A stretch of 64,000 nucleotides of DNA from NCBI GenBank assembly GCA_037142675.1, contig JBAXAF010000004.1:326-64325 (forward strand), written 5' to 3'. Positions 18,685-28,755 of the stretch are shown piece after piece. Position numbers and translations under genes: made by a program. Every line of letters starts with the position of its first letter. Position 1 is the first letter of the stretch. The DNA is from Candidatus Berkelbacteria bacterium. Its GTDB lineage: Bacteria; Patescibacteriota; UBA1384; XYA2-FULL-43-10; CAINNR01. The notes under the pieces were generated by a model. That model was not told the DNA's origin, did not search any database, and was given only the letters and a program-made list of their open reading frames with translations.

Positions 18685-19503
18685 CTACTGTTGGCGTGGG
18701 TCCCTGACAGGCATGACTCCTTGGTTTGACAGACCGTGGTCTACAGTGTGGACCAGCGGGGAGCCGCCGGAGAGCGGTGACATGAGCCATGCGATATGGT
18801 TGGCCACGTCTTCAGCCTTGGTGTTCACCCCTAATGGAACGGCGTGTGGCACGGCCTCGTATAATGAGCCGAAGTTCTTAACTCCCTTCGCCGCGATGGT
18901 GTTGATCGGCCCAGCGTCCAGCAGGTGGATGCGCACATTGGACTTTCCCATGTCGCCGGCAAGGTAGAGCGCTATTGAATCCAGTAGAGATTTGGCACTC
19001 GCCATTTGCCAGTAGTCCTCGATGTACTTCTCGGCACCCAGGAGGAAAGTCATCGCCACTCCCACAGCACCGTCGTTTAGCCGCCGGCCGAACCCCATGG
19101 CACCTGGGCAGAGTAAGGCTTTCGACATCCAGTGGAAGGAAAGGGCATTGAGACTGAGTGTCTCGATCCATTCCTCGGTGGTCATTGAGAGGAAGTTTCG
19201 TCCTTCCTGCTGAATGCTTGCAGGAGCAGCAGCCACGCTGTGGAGGTATCCATCAAGCATGATCCCTCTGTCTTGCAGTTCGCAGCGCAGGCGGACAAAA
19301 TCATCCTCGATCGAGAAATCACACGGGAGGATGATCTCGCCATCCTGGCGGAATTTTTCCGCTCTTTCAACAATGCTCGGATGGCATGTGATTACGGGCC
19401 TTCCTCCGTGGTTGCGAACTGCTTCAACGGTAGCCGTTCCGATGCCGCCGCGTAGGCCGACGCCGGAAACAAGTATGGTTCGTCCTTCAAGTAATCGTGA
19501 CAC
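18685..19503 (-). CDS. FabI-like enoyl-ACP reductase / SDR family (island F)
   Basis: ILVSGVGLRGGIG...Y-x6-K (YWQMASAKSLLD)...DAGPINTIAAKG...VDHG aligns with FabI; GTG start with RBS aagaggtg; promoter TTGACA-18-TATTTT at 19550-19579. Confidence 0.7.
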   Translation of the reverse strand: MSRLLEGRTILVSGVGLRGGIGTATVEAVRNHGGRPVITCHPSIVERAEKFRQDGEIILPCDFSIEDDFVRLRCELQDRGIMLDGYLHSVAAAPASIQQEGRNFLSMTTEEWIETLSLNALSFHWMSKALLCPGAMGFGRRLNDGAVGVAMTFLLGAEKYIEDYWQMASAKSLLDSIALYLAGDMGKSNVRIHLLDAGPINTIAAKGVKNFGSLYEAVPHAVPLGVNTKAEDVANHIAWLMSPLSGGSPLVHTVDHGLSNQGVMPVRDPRQQ

Positions 19504-19667
19504 TAGAAAGCACCTCTTTGGGTTGCTGGTTTTATGGGTCTGCAAGAAGGAAAATACCATTTTTTATTATTGATGTCAATGACATCCAGGGCGGTAGAAC
19601 TAATATCTGACCAATCTGATAATTTTTGTGGTAAAATAGATCTAAATATTAAGGAGGAGGAAATATT

Positions 19668-20597
19668 ATGAAGTGGAAAGAGATTTTGCTAAAAGCGTTC
19701 GAGTACATTAAAAAGTACCGCGCGTTGTGGTATTTGGGTATTTTGGCAGCTCTGACTGAAGGTGGGTCCGGCAGCAATTTTTCCAGCATGAAAAATTCTA
19801 CAAGCGGGAATTCTGGTGGTTTAACTGACACAATGCAGTCATCACTACTCCGGGCCTCTGATTGGGTCTCTAATAATCAGACCGAGGTTATTGTTATTTT
19901 TCTAGCTTTTGTTCTAATTTCATTAATTATTCTCTACATTTCCTATTCGGCACGAGCTGGACTCATCCATTCAATAGACAAGGCGGAATCTGGTGGCAAA
20001 AAACCAGAGTTCCACGAAGCATTTCATGCCGGACAAAAATATTTTTGGCGTTTTCTTGGCTTATCTCTTTTAATGGCTTTGATGATTTTTGCCGTTGCCT
20101 TTGTTTTGGTCGGCCTAATAGCGATTTTTATCATTTTAGTTGCAGCTGTTAGCATGTGGTTCTTAATTGTGGCGATTCCAGTGGGGCTGTTGCTTGTTTT
20201 TGGAATTGTTCTTTTGGCGGTTTATCTTGGCTGGATATTGCAGCTAGCCTTCAGGGAGGTTGTTATTAAAGAAAAAAGCATTTCAGCAGCTTTCACCGGT
20301 GCCAGAGAGCTTATTCATCATAATTTCACAAATGTTGTTTTGGCATGGTTGATACAGGCAGCTGTCAATTTAGTTGCCGGAATTGCCATGGCAATTGTAG
20401 TTTTGGTCATTGGTGGAGCATTATTTGCCATTGGGGTTGGAATTTATTTCGCCGGCGGGTTATCTGCCGTTCTGGCCTATGGGTCCATTGCGATCATATT
20501 ATTTATTGCCCTAGCATTATTTATCAGTGGTATTATTGCTGCTTACATTTCAACTTACTGGACAATTGTGTATAAAAATCTAAGCACGAAATCCTAA
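19668..20597 (+). CDS. Hypothetical multi-TM membrane protein (native)
   Basis: RBS aaggaggagg; 309 aa, hydrophobic. Confidence 0.65.
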   Translation: MKWKEILLKAFEYIKKYRALWYLGILAALTEGGSGSNFSSMKNSTSGNSGGLTDTMQSSLLRASDWVSNNQTEVIVIFLAFVLISLIILYISYSARAGLIHSIDKAESGGKKPEFHEAFHAGQKYFWRFLGLSLLMALMIFAVAFVLVGLIAIFIILVAAVSMWFLIVAIPVGLLLVFGIVLLAVYLGWILQLAFREVVIKEKSISAAFTGARELIHHNFTNVVLAWLIQAAVNLVAGIAMAIVVLVIGGALFAIGVGIYFAGGLSAVLAYGSIAIILFIALALFISGIIAAYISTYWTIVYKNLSTKS

Positions 20598-20690
20598 ATT
20601 CTAAACAAACCCAAATGATCAAATTTTCAAATATTTTAAACATTAAGACATTTGAGTTTTGATATTGTTTAGATATTAGAATTTAGAAAT
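20583..20690. repeat. AT-rich palindromic intergenic repeat (family member)
   Basis: Near copy of 12095-12205. Confidence 0.7.
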
Positions 20691-20705
20691 TTCCCCGGAG
20701 GGGAC

Positions 20706-22355
20706 ATGGTCGACATTGATCAAAAATTATTTAACTTGCGGCGGCAAGACGAAGAGGAGCTAACTCAAGCTTTGGCCGCTCGGCTTGGAATGGGTTACGT
20801 CGACATGGTCGGCTATCCTTTTGCGCCCGAGCTTTACATGTTGTTCCCGGCCGAAATAATGCTTCAATATGCCTTTGTCCCATATCTTAAAATCGGCAAA
20901 GAGATTAAGCTTGCCATTACAAATAGTTTAAACGATCGGTTGAAGAATTATTTAAATGAATATTCTCAGGCCAATAACACTAAGTTTGCCTTTTCGATAG
21001 TTTCTAAAACTGGCTTGCTCTATACTGTTGACTATTTTACCAAGCAGCAGGCCGAATTACAGAAAAAAAACCTGGCTATTTCTCAGCACCAAGAAGACCT
21101 AATTGACAAGGTTAGAACAGTGGCCGATATCGCCGAGGCAGCCAAAAGAGTCACAACCACTGAGCTGCTTGATTTGGTTCTAGTTTCAGCGGCGAAGATG
21201 AACGCATCAGATATTCATATTGAACCAGGGGAGGCAGATTTTCTTGTTCGTTTTCGAGTTGATGGTGTTTTGCAAGATGTCCTTAGGGCGAACTTGTCAG
21301 CATACAAATTTTTACTATCTCGAATTAAATTTTTAGCCAAACTGAAAATGGACGTAATGGTTGAGCCACAAGATGGCCGGTTCACCATTAAGCATGGATC
21401 AAGTGAAGTGGATTTGCGTGTGTCTACCTTACCTTCGGCTTACGGCGAAAGCATTGTTCTGCGTCTTTTGGGCCAAGAAATGTCAATTAAAAAATTAACT
21501 GATTTGGGCTTTCGCCCTGACGCACTGAAAATTATTAAAGATGCAATTTCCAAGCCACATGGGATGATATTAAATACAGGTCCGACTGGTTCTGGTAAAT
21601 CTACCACGCTCTATGCAGTAATTATGGAATTAAAAAAACCCGGAATCAAGATTATTTCACTCGAAGATCCTATTGAGTACCGGATATCGGGTGTTGAGCA
21701 AAGTCAGGTGGATCCTGAGGCCGGGTATACTTTTGCAGATGGTCTGCGAGCCGCCCTGCGCCAAGATCCGGACATTCTAATGGTTGGCGAGATACGCGAC
21801 AAGGAAACGGCTGAAATTGGCGTCCAGGCAGCTCTGACGGGCCACTTACTACTTTCAACTCTCCACTCAAATACTGCTGCTGCCGCATTACCGCGTCTTT
21901 TGGAAATTGGTGTCCGGCCATTTCTCTTGGCTGGTTCAATAAATTTAATTATGGGCCAGCGCCTAGTTCGGAGAATCTGTAAGTCATGTGCGCAACAATT
22001 TACTCCCACTGAACCAGTTTGGGAAGAGATACGAAATATACTTGTGCCAATTAAGGATCGGATAGAGCCACAAATTGCAGCTATGCTTGATTTGCCCATT
22101 GCCCAAGTTAAACTTAAACGCGGCATTGGCTGCCCAGCTTGCAATAAATCCGGATATTCTGGTCGTCAAGTCATTGTCGAGGTTTTGGTGCCAACTCCTG
22201 CTATGGAGGCTTTAATTGGCCGAGAAGCCACAATTGCCGAGTTTACAAAAACAGCCCTGACAGAAGGCCTAATTACCATGGAGCAAGATGGTTTGATTCA
22301 GGTTCTAAAAGGAGTTACAACTACAACTGAAGTTTGGCGAGTCACAAAAGATTAA
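20706..22355 (+). CDS. pilB: Type IV pilus / type II secretion assembly ATPase (PilB/GspE family)
   Basis: GPTGSGKSTTLYA Walker A, Asp box, CxxC...CxxC C-terminal motifs. Confidence 0.85.
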   Translation: MVDIDQKLFNLRRQDEEELTQALAARLGMGYVDMVGYPFAPELYMLFPAEIMLQYAFVPYLKIGKEIKLAITNSLNDRLKNYLNEYSQANNTKFAFSIVSKTGLLYTVDYFTKQQAELQKKNLAISQHQEDLIDKVRTVADIAEAAKRVTTTELLDLVLVSAAKMNASDIHIEPGEADFLVRFRVDGVLQDVLRANLSAYKFLLSRIKFLAKLKMDVMVEPQDGRFTIKHGSSEVDLRVSTLPSAYGESIVLRLLGQEMSIKKLTDLGFRPDALKIIKDAISKPHGMILNTGPTGSGKSTTLYAVIMELKKPGIKIISLEDPIEYRISGVEQSQVDPEAGYTFADGLRAALRQDPDILMVGEIRDKETAEIGVQAALTGHLLLSTLHSNTAAAALPRLLEIGVRPFLLAGSINLIMGQRLVRRICKSCAQQFTPTEPVWEEIRNILVPIKDRIEPQIAAMLDLPIAQVKLKRGIGCPACNKSGYSGRQVIVEVLVPTPAMEALIGREATIAEFTKTALTEGLITMEQDGLIQVLKGVTTTTEVWRVTKD

Positions 22356-22387
22356 ATAGCTATTATTTTGAATCGAGTGTCAGGTAC

Positions 22388-22416
22388 TTGATTTTTTATT
22401 TGTTTTGTGCTATAAT
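22388..22416 (+). promoter_or_regulatory. Consensus promoter TTGATT-17-TATAAT
   Basis: ttgattttttatttgttttgtgctataat. Confidence 0.6.
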
Positions 22417-22496
22417 GAAATGTTCCAGGGCGAGAGACAGTCTGTCTTTATGACCCCTCAGAGAACATCGTGTCGTGCATAAGGAGAGTGGAGAGC

Positions 22497-23051
22497 ATGC
22501 GCTCTATCACTGCTAGCTTGATTGTTCTGATTCTCGTTGCGAGCATCGCTTTCGCGCAGGGCAAGGACGCCAGGCGCCAGCGACCGCCGAACCCACAACA
22601 GGCGTTCCAGCGGGGACAGACCTGTAACACGCCGCAACAGCGGCGCCTGCAGCCCCATCGGCAGTACGACGCTCCTCGCCGCAACGACCGCGACCACGGA
22701 CGCCGCCCGATCACATTGGGCAGCATCCTCCACGACATCTTCAGCTCGCCTGTCGTCATCGTGGACGAGCGGCCAGACTACTATCCGCAGGTTTGCCAAA
22801 CGTCGCGCGTCGCAAAGGTTGTCGATGTGGACGGCGAAAATGTGTATGTGAACGCGCCGTTTGCAGTTGGTAGCCGAGTCCTTGATGTGTCATGGGTTCT
22901 CGACCCGGTGACAGACAGGAGAATATGTCGAAAAACCGACGCGACGCTAGTTGTTGTCGCATCAGATGGCCACAGATCTTCGCTCTGTCGGGTCATAAGT
23001 ACGGAGCCATGGTGCTTCGTCGCCCCGGGAGACGAAATAGTAGTACGCTAG
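22497..23051 (+). CDS. GC-rich small secreted protein (cassette G)
   Basis: MRSITASLIVLILVASIAFAQG signal peptide; RBS aaggagag; terminator gtgtctggcaatgaaattgccagacac at 23065-23100. Confidence 0.55.
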   Translation: MRSITASLIVLILVASIAFAQGKDARRQRPPNPQQAFQRGQTCNTPQQRRLQPHRQYDAPRRNDRDHGRRPITLGSILHDIFSSPVVIVDERPDYYPQVCQTSRVAKVVDVDGENVYVNAPFAVGSRVLDVSWVLDPVTDRRICRKTDATLVVVASDGHRSSLCRVISTEPWCFVAPGDEIVVR

Positions 23052-23210
23052 CTTGATTGTTCACGGTGTCTGGCAATGAAATTGCCAGACACCATTTTTA
23101 TTGGTTAATTTGAAACTAAAGTAACAAAAAAACCGCCCAGCATACTGCAGAAATTGCAATATGACCAAGGCGGTTTAATTTGTAACTCGAGAATCGTCAG
23201 TGCTAGAGAG

Positions 23211-23549
23211 CTATTTGACTGTTCCCTGTTGGATGCCTGTTCCAAGACCAACGGCGACTCTGGCAATGTAGTATGCGAGTATAATAATTATTATGCCGAT
23301 AATAGCGTTAATCACACCTTGCTGTCCCTTTTTAGCTGAATCCGGGTTGCCAGCAGCAGTAATGTAGAGAATACCTGAATAAATTAAATATGCAATTGCT
23401 AAAATTCCGGCAATCAATAAAACAAAATTAATAACAGTATTTGCAATGCTGGAGATTTGAGTACTGCCACCTGTTTGAGCAGGTTTAAGGAAATTAAATG
23501 TAGCAGCATGCGCTTTTGGCATTAACCAATTTGTAATCGTCGAAATCAT
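23211..23549 (-). CDS. Pilin-like small membrane protein with the Y-I-T-A-x-G-(N/D) C-terminal hairpin motif
   Basis: Signal/TM, ...LYITAAGNPDSAKKGQQGV..., second TM. Confidence 0.6.
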   Translation of the reverse strand: MISTITNWLMPKAHAATFNFLKPAQTGGSTQISSIANTVINFVLLIAGILAIAYLIYSGILYITAAGNPDSAKKGQQGVINAIIGIIIIILAYYIARVAVGLGTGIQQGTVK

Positions 23550-23627
23550 CGATCCTCCTTAAAAATTATTTTTTTATCGTTGCTAATTTAATAGTATTAC
23601 AGGCAAATTTGGTTGTCAAGCTTTTAC

Positions 23628-25976
23628 TTAAGCTACAATTAGGCCAAAGGTATTTATCAGCACATTAGCGGATAAAATTACCGCTAGTCCGATGACAGCC
23701 CAGACAATAGTTTTTTTAGCATTTTCGGCCTTTGAGTCATCGCCTAACGAGGTGATATAGAGAAAGCTTCCATAAAGGATAAGAAAAACAGCGACGACTT
23801 CGGCATAATAAATTGCCAGCTGAATGATTCGCCAGATAAAGCCGTTGTTATGACCAATAATGTCCATAATACTAGCGTTCGGACCGCCAAAACTTGTGGG
23901 CACAATGGTATTTGTATTAGATACTGGGTCGGGACTGTTGCCTATAATACCTTGTACTTCGGCAATGGTTGTTCTAACCAACATTACGCATAGTACGGCG
24001 CCGACAATCCCATAAACAGAAAATAATATTGCTTTTTTGCCAGTTTCTGCGCCCTTGGAGTCGCCGCCTGCGGTAATGTATTTCATGCCAGCGAGAATAA
24101 TGGCTAAGATTGCCACAATTCCCATTATCAATAGGGAGAAGCTGCCAATTTTATGGACTAGTCCGTCAATAGTTGTTAAAGCAGATTTTTGTAAATTCGC
24201 TGCCCATCCTGGGGTGACACTGCCTCCAGTAGTACCGTCTCCGCCGTTGCCTCCAGTTTCATCTCCTCCAGTCATGTTTTTGACGACGGTGATATTGGCG
24301 CTAACCACTGGGGAGGTGCCGTCATATTCGGGATAAGTCGCATCTGATGCATTTGCTTTTAATCCAAAAACTTTTAGCATCACCGTATATGTGCCGGCGG
24401 TGGAACCTGATGCGTCCCAAGTAACAACTTTAGGGCTGGCAATGGTAATTTCATTTTGTACAAATGGGCCAAAGGAACCTTTTTCAAAGCATCCAGTTGA
24501 ATCATTGTTTGTAATAGTATCTTGGCTGGCAGTACAAATGTACCAAGAAATTTTGCCAACTCGCCCTGGGCCAGTTGTATTTGTTAAATTATTTGGGTTC
24601 AAATTTGATGCAGTAATCTTTATCTGTACATTTTTAGCGGTAGCCTGGTTGCTTAAATCAACTGATGCTGGTGTGGTTACTGTCATCGGCACGGAGCCGC
24701 CGCCAGGTGTTACTATATCTCCTACTGCTGGTAAAACAGTGACGGTTTTTGAAACGTTGCCAAAGCTGTTGTCGCCGCTTAGTGTGCTGTATGCTTTTAG
24801 CATCAGGGTGCGTGCCGCAGGGTTGGAGGTGCTTGTGTCTTGGCTGGTATCTGGGCCCCAATCAAATGTACCACTGCGCTTGGCCCCATCCCAAGTGCAG
24901 CCAGTGCTGTCAGAGGTTAATTGGCTATCACTACCATTGAAGTCGATATTACAAAAAGTTTTTTGATCAATATTGAAAAGCACTCGATCGAGTGATGCTC
25001 CATTTGTCATATTTAAGCCACTGAGTTTAACTGAGAAAGTAACAACTTGGCTTTCAGAATGCTGAATTGTTCCAACGCTTGAAATTGTTAATCCGCTAGA
25101 ACTTGAATCACCTTGAATCTGTCTGTTATAATTCGCAACCGCGGCATCAATCTTGGTTTTGTTTATTGTGTCACCAATATTGTCTGCCTCGGCGGATGCA
25201 GAATGCAGAACTGCCAATGCTAAAGAGTTGGCGTGAGGTTTACTATAATGATAGCTATCATCAATTCTAACACCATAAGCGTATTGGCTTTGGGTAGCGC
25301 TAGTAATTGACTCTGAAGTGACATCGCTGTCGCAGATTCCAAGTGAATCAGTGCATAACGCAAGAACACTGGGATCCTTGGTTAATACTAAGTTTCCAGC
25401 GACCCGAAAATTACTAGCTGCTAGCAAGGCGGCGTGATCGTAAAGAGTGATAGCGCTACTTAGGGCTTGGACATCGGGGCCATTATTTGAACCTTGCGCT
25501 TTACCTTTCGCCCAAACTAAGAATTTGCGAGTCGCTGATGAACTAGCCGCGAGATCACCATAGGTGTAGTTGTAAGGTGGCATCGGCACAATCGCCATTG
25601 ATGCGGTGATGTAGTTTCCATCACTATCCGGATTGCTTTGATAAGGAACAATATAAGCTGGGTGGATACTGCTGCTACTGCCCATAACTGAACTGATTTC
25701 GGCGGTATTGTATATTTTGAGAAACGGCAGACTTGAGCCTGAAATACTGGAAATTGAATATTTGCTGGCCGGTACAGCGGCAATGGTTTCTGCGGAGTAA
25801 GTAAAATCCAGGTCGTGACCGTCGCCAACAAAGACATTGTTTGGATCGGCCGAGGCGAAAAATCCCTTGTACACTACCAGTGAGGTGATGAATAAAATAA
25901 CCAAACCGAAAAGTACGATCAGTAAGTTTCCAATAAATCTTTTTGAAAGTGTCTGCTTTTTCATTAAATTCCCCAA
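23628..25976 (-). CDS. Large surface protein with two C-terminal pilin-like TM-hairpin modules
   Basis: 782 aa; N-terminal TM; Ser/Thr/Gly-rich extracellular region; ...KYITAGGDSKGAETGKK... and ...YITSLGDDSKAENAKK... Confidence 0.6.
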   Translation of the reverse strand: MGNLMKKQTLSKRFIGNLLIVLFGLVILFITSLVVYKGFFASADPNNVFVGDGHDLDFTYSAETIAAVPASKYSISSISGSSLPFLKIYNTAEISSVMGSSSSIHPAYIVPYQSNPDSDGNYITASMAIVPMPPYNYTYGDLAASSSATRKFLVWAKGKAQGSNNGPDVQALSSAITLYDHAALLAASNFRVAGNLVLTKDPSVLALCTDSLGICDSDVTSESITSATQSQYAYGVRIDDSYHYSKPHANSLALAVLHSASAEADNIGDTINKTKIDAAVANYNRQIQGDSSSSGLTISSVGTIQHSESQVVTFSVKLSGLNMTNGASLDRVLFNIDQKTFCNIDFNGSDSQLTSDSTGCTWDGAKRSGTFDWGPDTSQDTSTSNPAARTLMLKAYSTLSGDNSFGNVSKTVTVLPAVGDIVTPGGGSVPMTVTTPASVDLSNQATAKNVQIKITASNLNPNNLTNTTGPGRVGKISWYICTASQDTITNNDSTGCFEKGSFGPFVQNEITIASPKVVTWDASGSTAGTYTVMLKVFGLKANASDATYPEYDGTSPVVSANITVVKNMTGGDETGGNGGDGTTGGSVTPGWAANLQKSALTTIDGLVHKIGSFSLLIMGIVAILAIILAGMKYITAGGDSKGAETGKKAILFSVYGIVGAVLCVMLVRTTIAEVQGIIGNSPDPVSNTNTIVPTSFGGPNASIMDIIGHNNGFIWRIIQLAIYYAEVVAVFLILYGSFLYITSLGDDSKAENAKKTIVWAVIGLAVILSANVLINTFGLIVA

Positions 25977-26563
25977 ACAGAAGTCTTAAACCCGGCAATA
26001 TTGCCAACCAATACAACCAGCATTAACAGCGCAGCACCCATGAGAGTGCTGAACAAAATATCTTTTGCTTCATTAATTGAGCTGGAGTCTCCTCTGCTAG
26101 TCATGTATTTAAACCCTGCATATATAACCATTAGGATTGAAAGTGCAACCGCGACTTTCATTGCAAAGCCGTACATTTTGCTAATATATTCGGTGTATGT
26201 ATAGCGTGTCCCGCTTTGTATTGCGTTGTCGGTTCCTCCATTTGGAAAACTAACGCCAACACCAACTCCCGCACCAGCATTAGTAGTTGTGTCAACGACT
26301 GTGGTTCCGGCCGGAGTGGCGGCCAAGGCAACAACTTTGTCATGATTGCTAGAAGAAGTTTCGGCAGCATCAATTTGTTCGTCTGTCACCGAGCTTTCAT
26401 TCCCCGTTACCGGGAGCATACAGGCGGTTGGCGCCGAGATGGGGTCATCAAAATAAACTGTAGAGTCTTCGGCCAGAATGTGGCTAGCAAAGCAAGCAAA
26501 AAGACTACAGACAATTGGTATTGTTGCCAGAGCCACTGTAATTTTATTACATCGATGAATCAT
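25964..26563 (-). CDS. Pilin-like membrane protein (third carrier of the motif)
   Basis: ...FKYMTSRGDSSSINEAKDILF... followed by a TM helix. Confidence 0.55.
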   Translation of the reverse strand: MIHRCNKITVALATIPIVCSLFACFASHILAEDSTVYFDDPISAPTACMLPVTGNESSVTDEQIDAAETSSSNHDKVVALAATPAGTTVVDTTTNAGAGVGVGVSFPNGGTDNAIQSGTRYTYTEYISKMYGFAMKVAVALSILMVIYAGFKYMTSRGDSSSINEAKDILFSTLMGAALLMLVVLVGNIAGFKTSVWGI

Positions 26564-26568
26564 TTTTG

Positions 26569-27258
26569 TTATTTATGGATATACCAATAGCCATTTAGCG
26601 CGCAAGAATTAAAAATATTTTCTACTGTGTCCTGGGTATTGTTGTTGTGAGGATCATTAATGTACACTGTGTTGCCGACAATTTTTGTTAGCACGATATA
26701 ATGGCTTCCCTTTGTATATTTTTGATTTTGACAATCACCAATAGTCATTATTATCGGAAGCAAATAATTGGATGGGTTTTGCGAATGCCATTTCAGATGT
26801 CTTTTTGCATCACTTGCTGATTGCTTCAGGATTTGTAGATTGTAGCGTTTGGCGAGTGCCGCAAGGCAGCCGGGAAAGTTGTATGTGCCGCCGTCAGTTC
26901 GGCGATATCCATTATCAAGACAATACTTGGCAGTTATCTGAGGTGTCACTTGCTGGCTTGTCCAATAACTTAAAACCATGGCGGCGGCTGTTGGTCCGCA
27001 GCCAGAGGTTGCAATTGTCGCTGGAGATTTTGCACCAGTTCTATCGTTAACCATCATCCCGTATTTATCTATATTTGAATCGTTGTACCAGGTTTGTTTA
27101 TAAAGTGGAACAGCGCAACTTGAATCGGGACCATTAGCAGAGACGGAAATTTTAGTTTGTACATAGGCAAAAACTATTGTCACCAAGGCAACTAACAAAG
27201 GGGCGGAGATAATTAATGCCACCAATTGTGTTTTTTTCAACTTAAATTTCAGACGCAT
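26569..27258 (-). CDS. C39-like (papain-fold) cysteine peptidase domain protein
   Basis: SGCGPTAAAMVLSYW catalytic Cys context; N-terminal TM. Confidence 0.65.
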   Translation of the reverse strand: MRLKFKLKKTQLVALIISAPLLVALVTIVFAYVQTKISVSANGPDSSCAVPLYKQTWYNDSNIDKYGMMVNDRTGAKSPATIATSGCGPTAAAMVLSYWTSQQVTPQITAKYCLDNGYRRTDGGTYNFPGCLAALAKRYNLQILKQSASDAKRHLKWHSQNPSNYLLPIIMTIGDCQNQKYTKGSHYIVLTKIVGNTVYINDPHNNNTQDTVENIFNSCALNGYWYIHK

Positions 27259-27262
27259 ATTT

Positions 27263-28672
27263 TTACCAAGTTGATTTTCTCAGAAGCGATGTAATATTGG
27301 CTGCGGCAGTATCGAGTGAGGCCTGAGAGCTCTGCGAGTGGTTATTGACGCGTGTTATTGCATCCTTGAATTGAAGGTCAACATCGACAGGATAGCGTCC
27401 CTTGTTCCATGTGATGATTGAATTGACAATATTCTCAGATGGTGGCTCACCAACACCCCTGTCCTTCAGAACTGGCGTTGGGTTCTCCTCCGGTTTTTTT
27501 GTTGATAATTCTTTGGTTGATGATTGATATGTACTAGCAGACTCAGTTGACAAGTTGAGAATAAAATTCCAGGCTGTATCAGGAAGAGTTGAATTTTGTG
27601 GCACAACATAACTAGTATATCTAGAATAGTCAACCATAGGGTTTAAATTACCGACCTGAGGGACCAAACTTCTTTCATAATCAAAGTTTGGATAAATTTG
27701 GGCAAAGTAATTTGTCAGATTAGTGTAGGAAAAAATGATTCCTACTTTTCCCTGGGCGAAAGCTTCGATGTCGATTGGCATGCTTGAGTTCCATGTGTAT
27801 TGTGGGCTTGTGGGGTTAGAATACTTTGTATAAAAATCCAGTGCATTTTTTCCGGCATAGACATCAGCGTTGGTGGTATTTTTAATTGGTAAATTAAGAG
27901 TTGATTGGCTCAGGTCGTCAGAAATTATTTTTGTTTGATTTTGGAGCATTAAAAGAGAGAAAATGTCAGCAGGGTATGAAATATTGTTGCTTGTTCCGAT
28001 CGCGGCACCAGCAATTTGAATGTTTGCGCCGTTCCTGACTGTTAGGTAGGGGATTAGAGCATCAAAATCTTCCCAGGTTGTTGGTGTGTTCTTAAAAATT
28101 GTTGAGATTTTTTCCAATTTGGCTTCATCATCTCCCGCTGAATTTTTAGCTCTTTCTTGTGCTTGTTCAAAAATTCTTGGGTTGTAATATATTTGCAAAA
28201 CATCAGTTGTTGGCGGCATGGCGTAAACCTGTTTATCAAAAATACTGTCAGAGACAACACTAGGGATAAAATATTCTGTCGGTTTAATTTTGGCGTTGTC
28301 TAGCAGTGCATTTGGTGCTGCTGCTAGTTTGTCTTTATGACGATATACCCAATCGTTGGGAATGGCCCAAACATCAGGGCCTTGTCCCGAAAGAATTGAG
28401 TTGAGAGAGTCGTTCTCATAGCCGCTGGTTAATGTTTTTTTTACATATTTTATGTCGATGTCTTTATTTTGGGCTGAAAAGTCTTTGATGATGGGATTGA
28501 AAACGTCTTCATCAACAAATCCCCAGATTACCAGAGAATTCGGTGCTGTGGCAGCCGGAGCGGTTCCACAGCCAGTTAGAGTTAATGCCATCGCAACGGC
28601 TAGTGTCGAGGTGCCAAAAATCTTTAGAAACTTGTTCCAAGCGAAACTTCTATGCTTTTTACTGTTTGCCAT
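27263..28672 (-). CDS. Lipoprotein, extracellular solute-binding-protein-like
   Basis: Lipobox LTGC after the signal peptide; 469 aa. Confidence 0.6.
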   Translation of the reverse strand: MANSKKHRSFAWNKFLKIFGTSTLAVAMALTLTGCGTAPAATAPNSLVIWGFVDEDVFNPIIKDFSAQNKDIDIKYVKKTLTSGYENDSLNSILSGQGPDVWAIPNDWVYRHKDKLAAAPNALLDNAKIKPTEYFIPSVVSDSIFDKQVYAMPPTTDVLQIYYNPRIFEQAQERAKNSAGDDEAKLEKISTIFKNTPTTWEDFDALIPYLTVRNGANIQIAGAAIGTSNNISYPADIFSLLMLQNQTKIISDDLSQSTLNLPIKNTTNADVYAGKNALDFYTKYSNPTSPQYTWNSSMPIDIEAFAQGKVGIIFSYTNLTNYFAQIYPNFDYERSLVPQVGNLNPMVDYSRYTSYVVPQNSTLPDTAWNFILNLSTESASTYQSSTKELSTKKPEENPTPVLKDRGVGEPPSENIVNSIITWNKGRYPVDVDLQFKDAITRVNNHSQSSQASLDTAAANITSLLRKSTW

Positions 28673-28755
28673 TTCCCACTCCTGTTTTGTTATCTCGGAC
28701 TTGGGTCCCGAGAATCTATATTATTGGATCCTGAATCAAGTTCAGGATGACAGTA

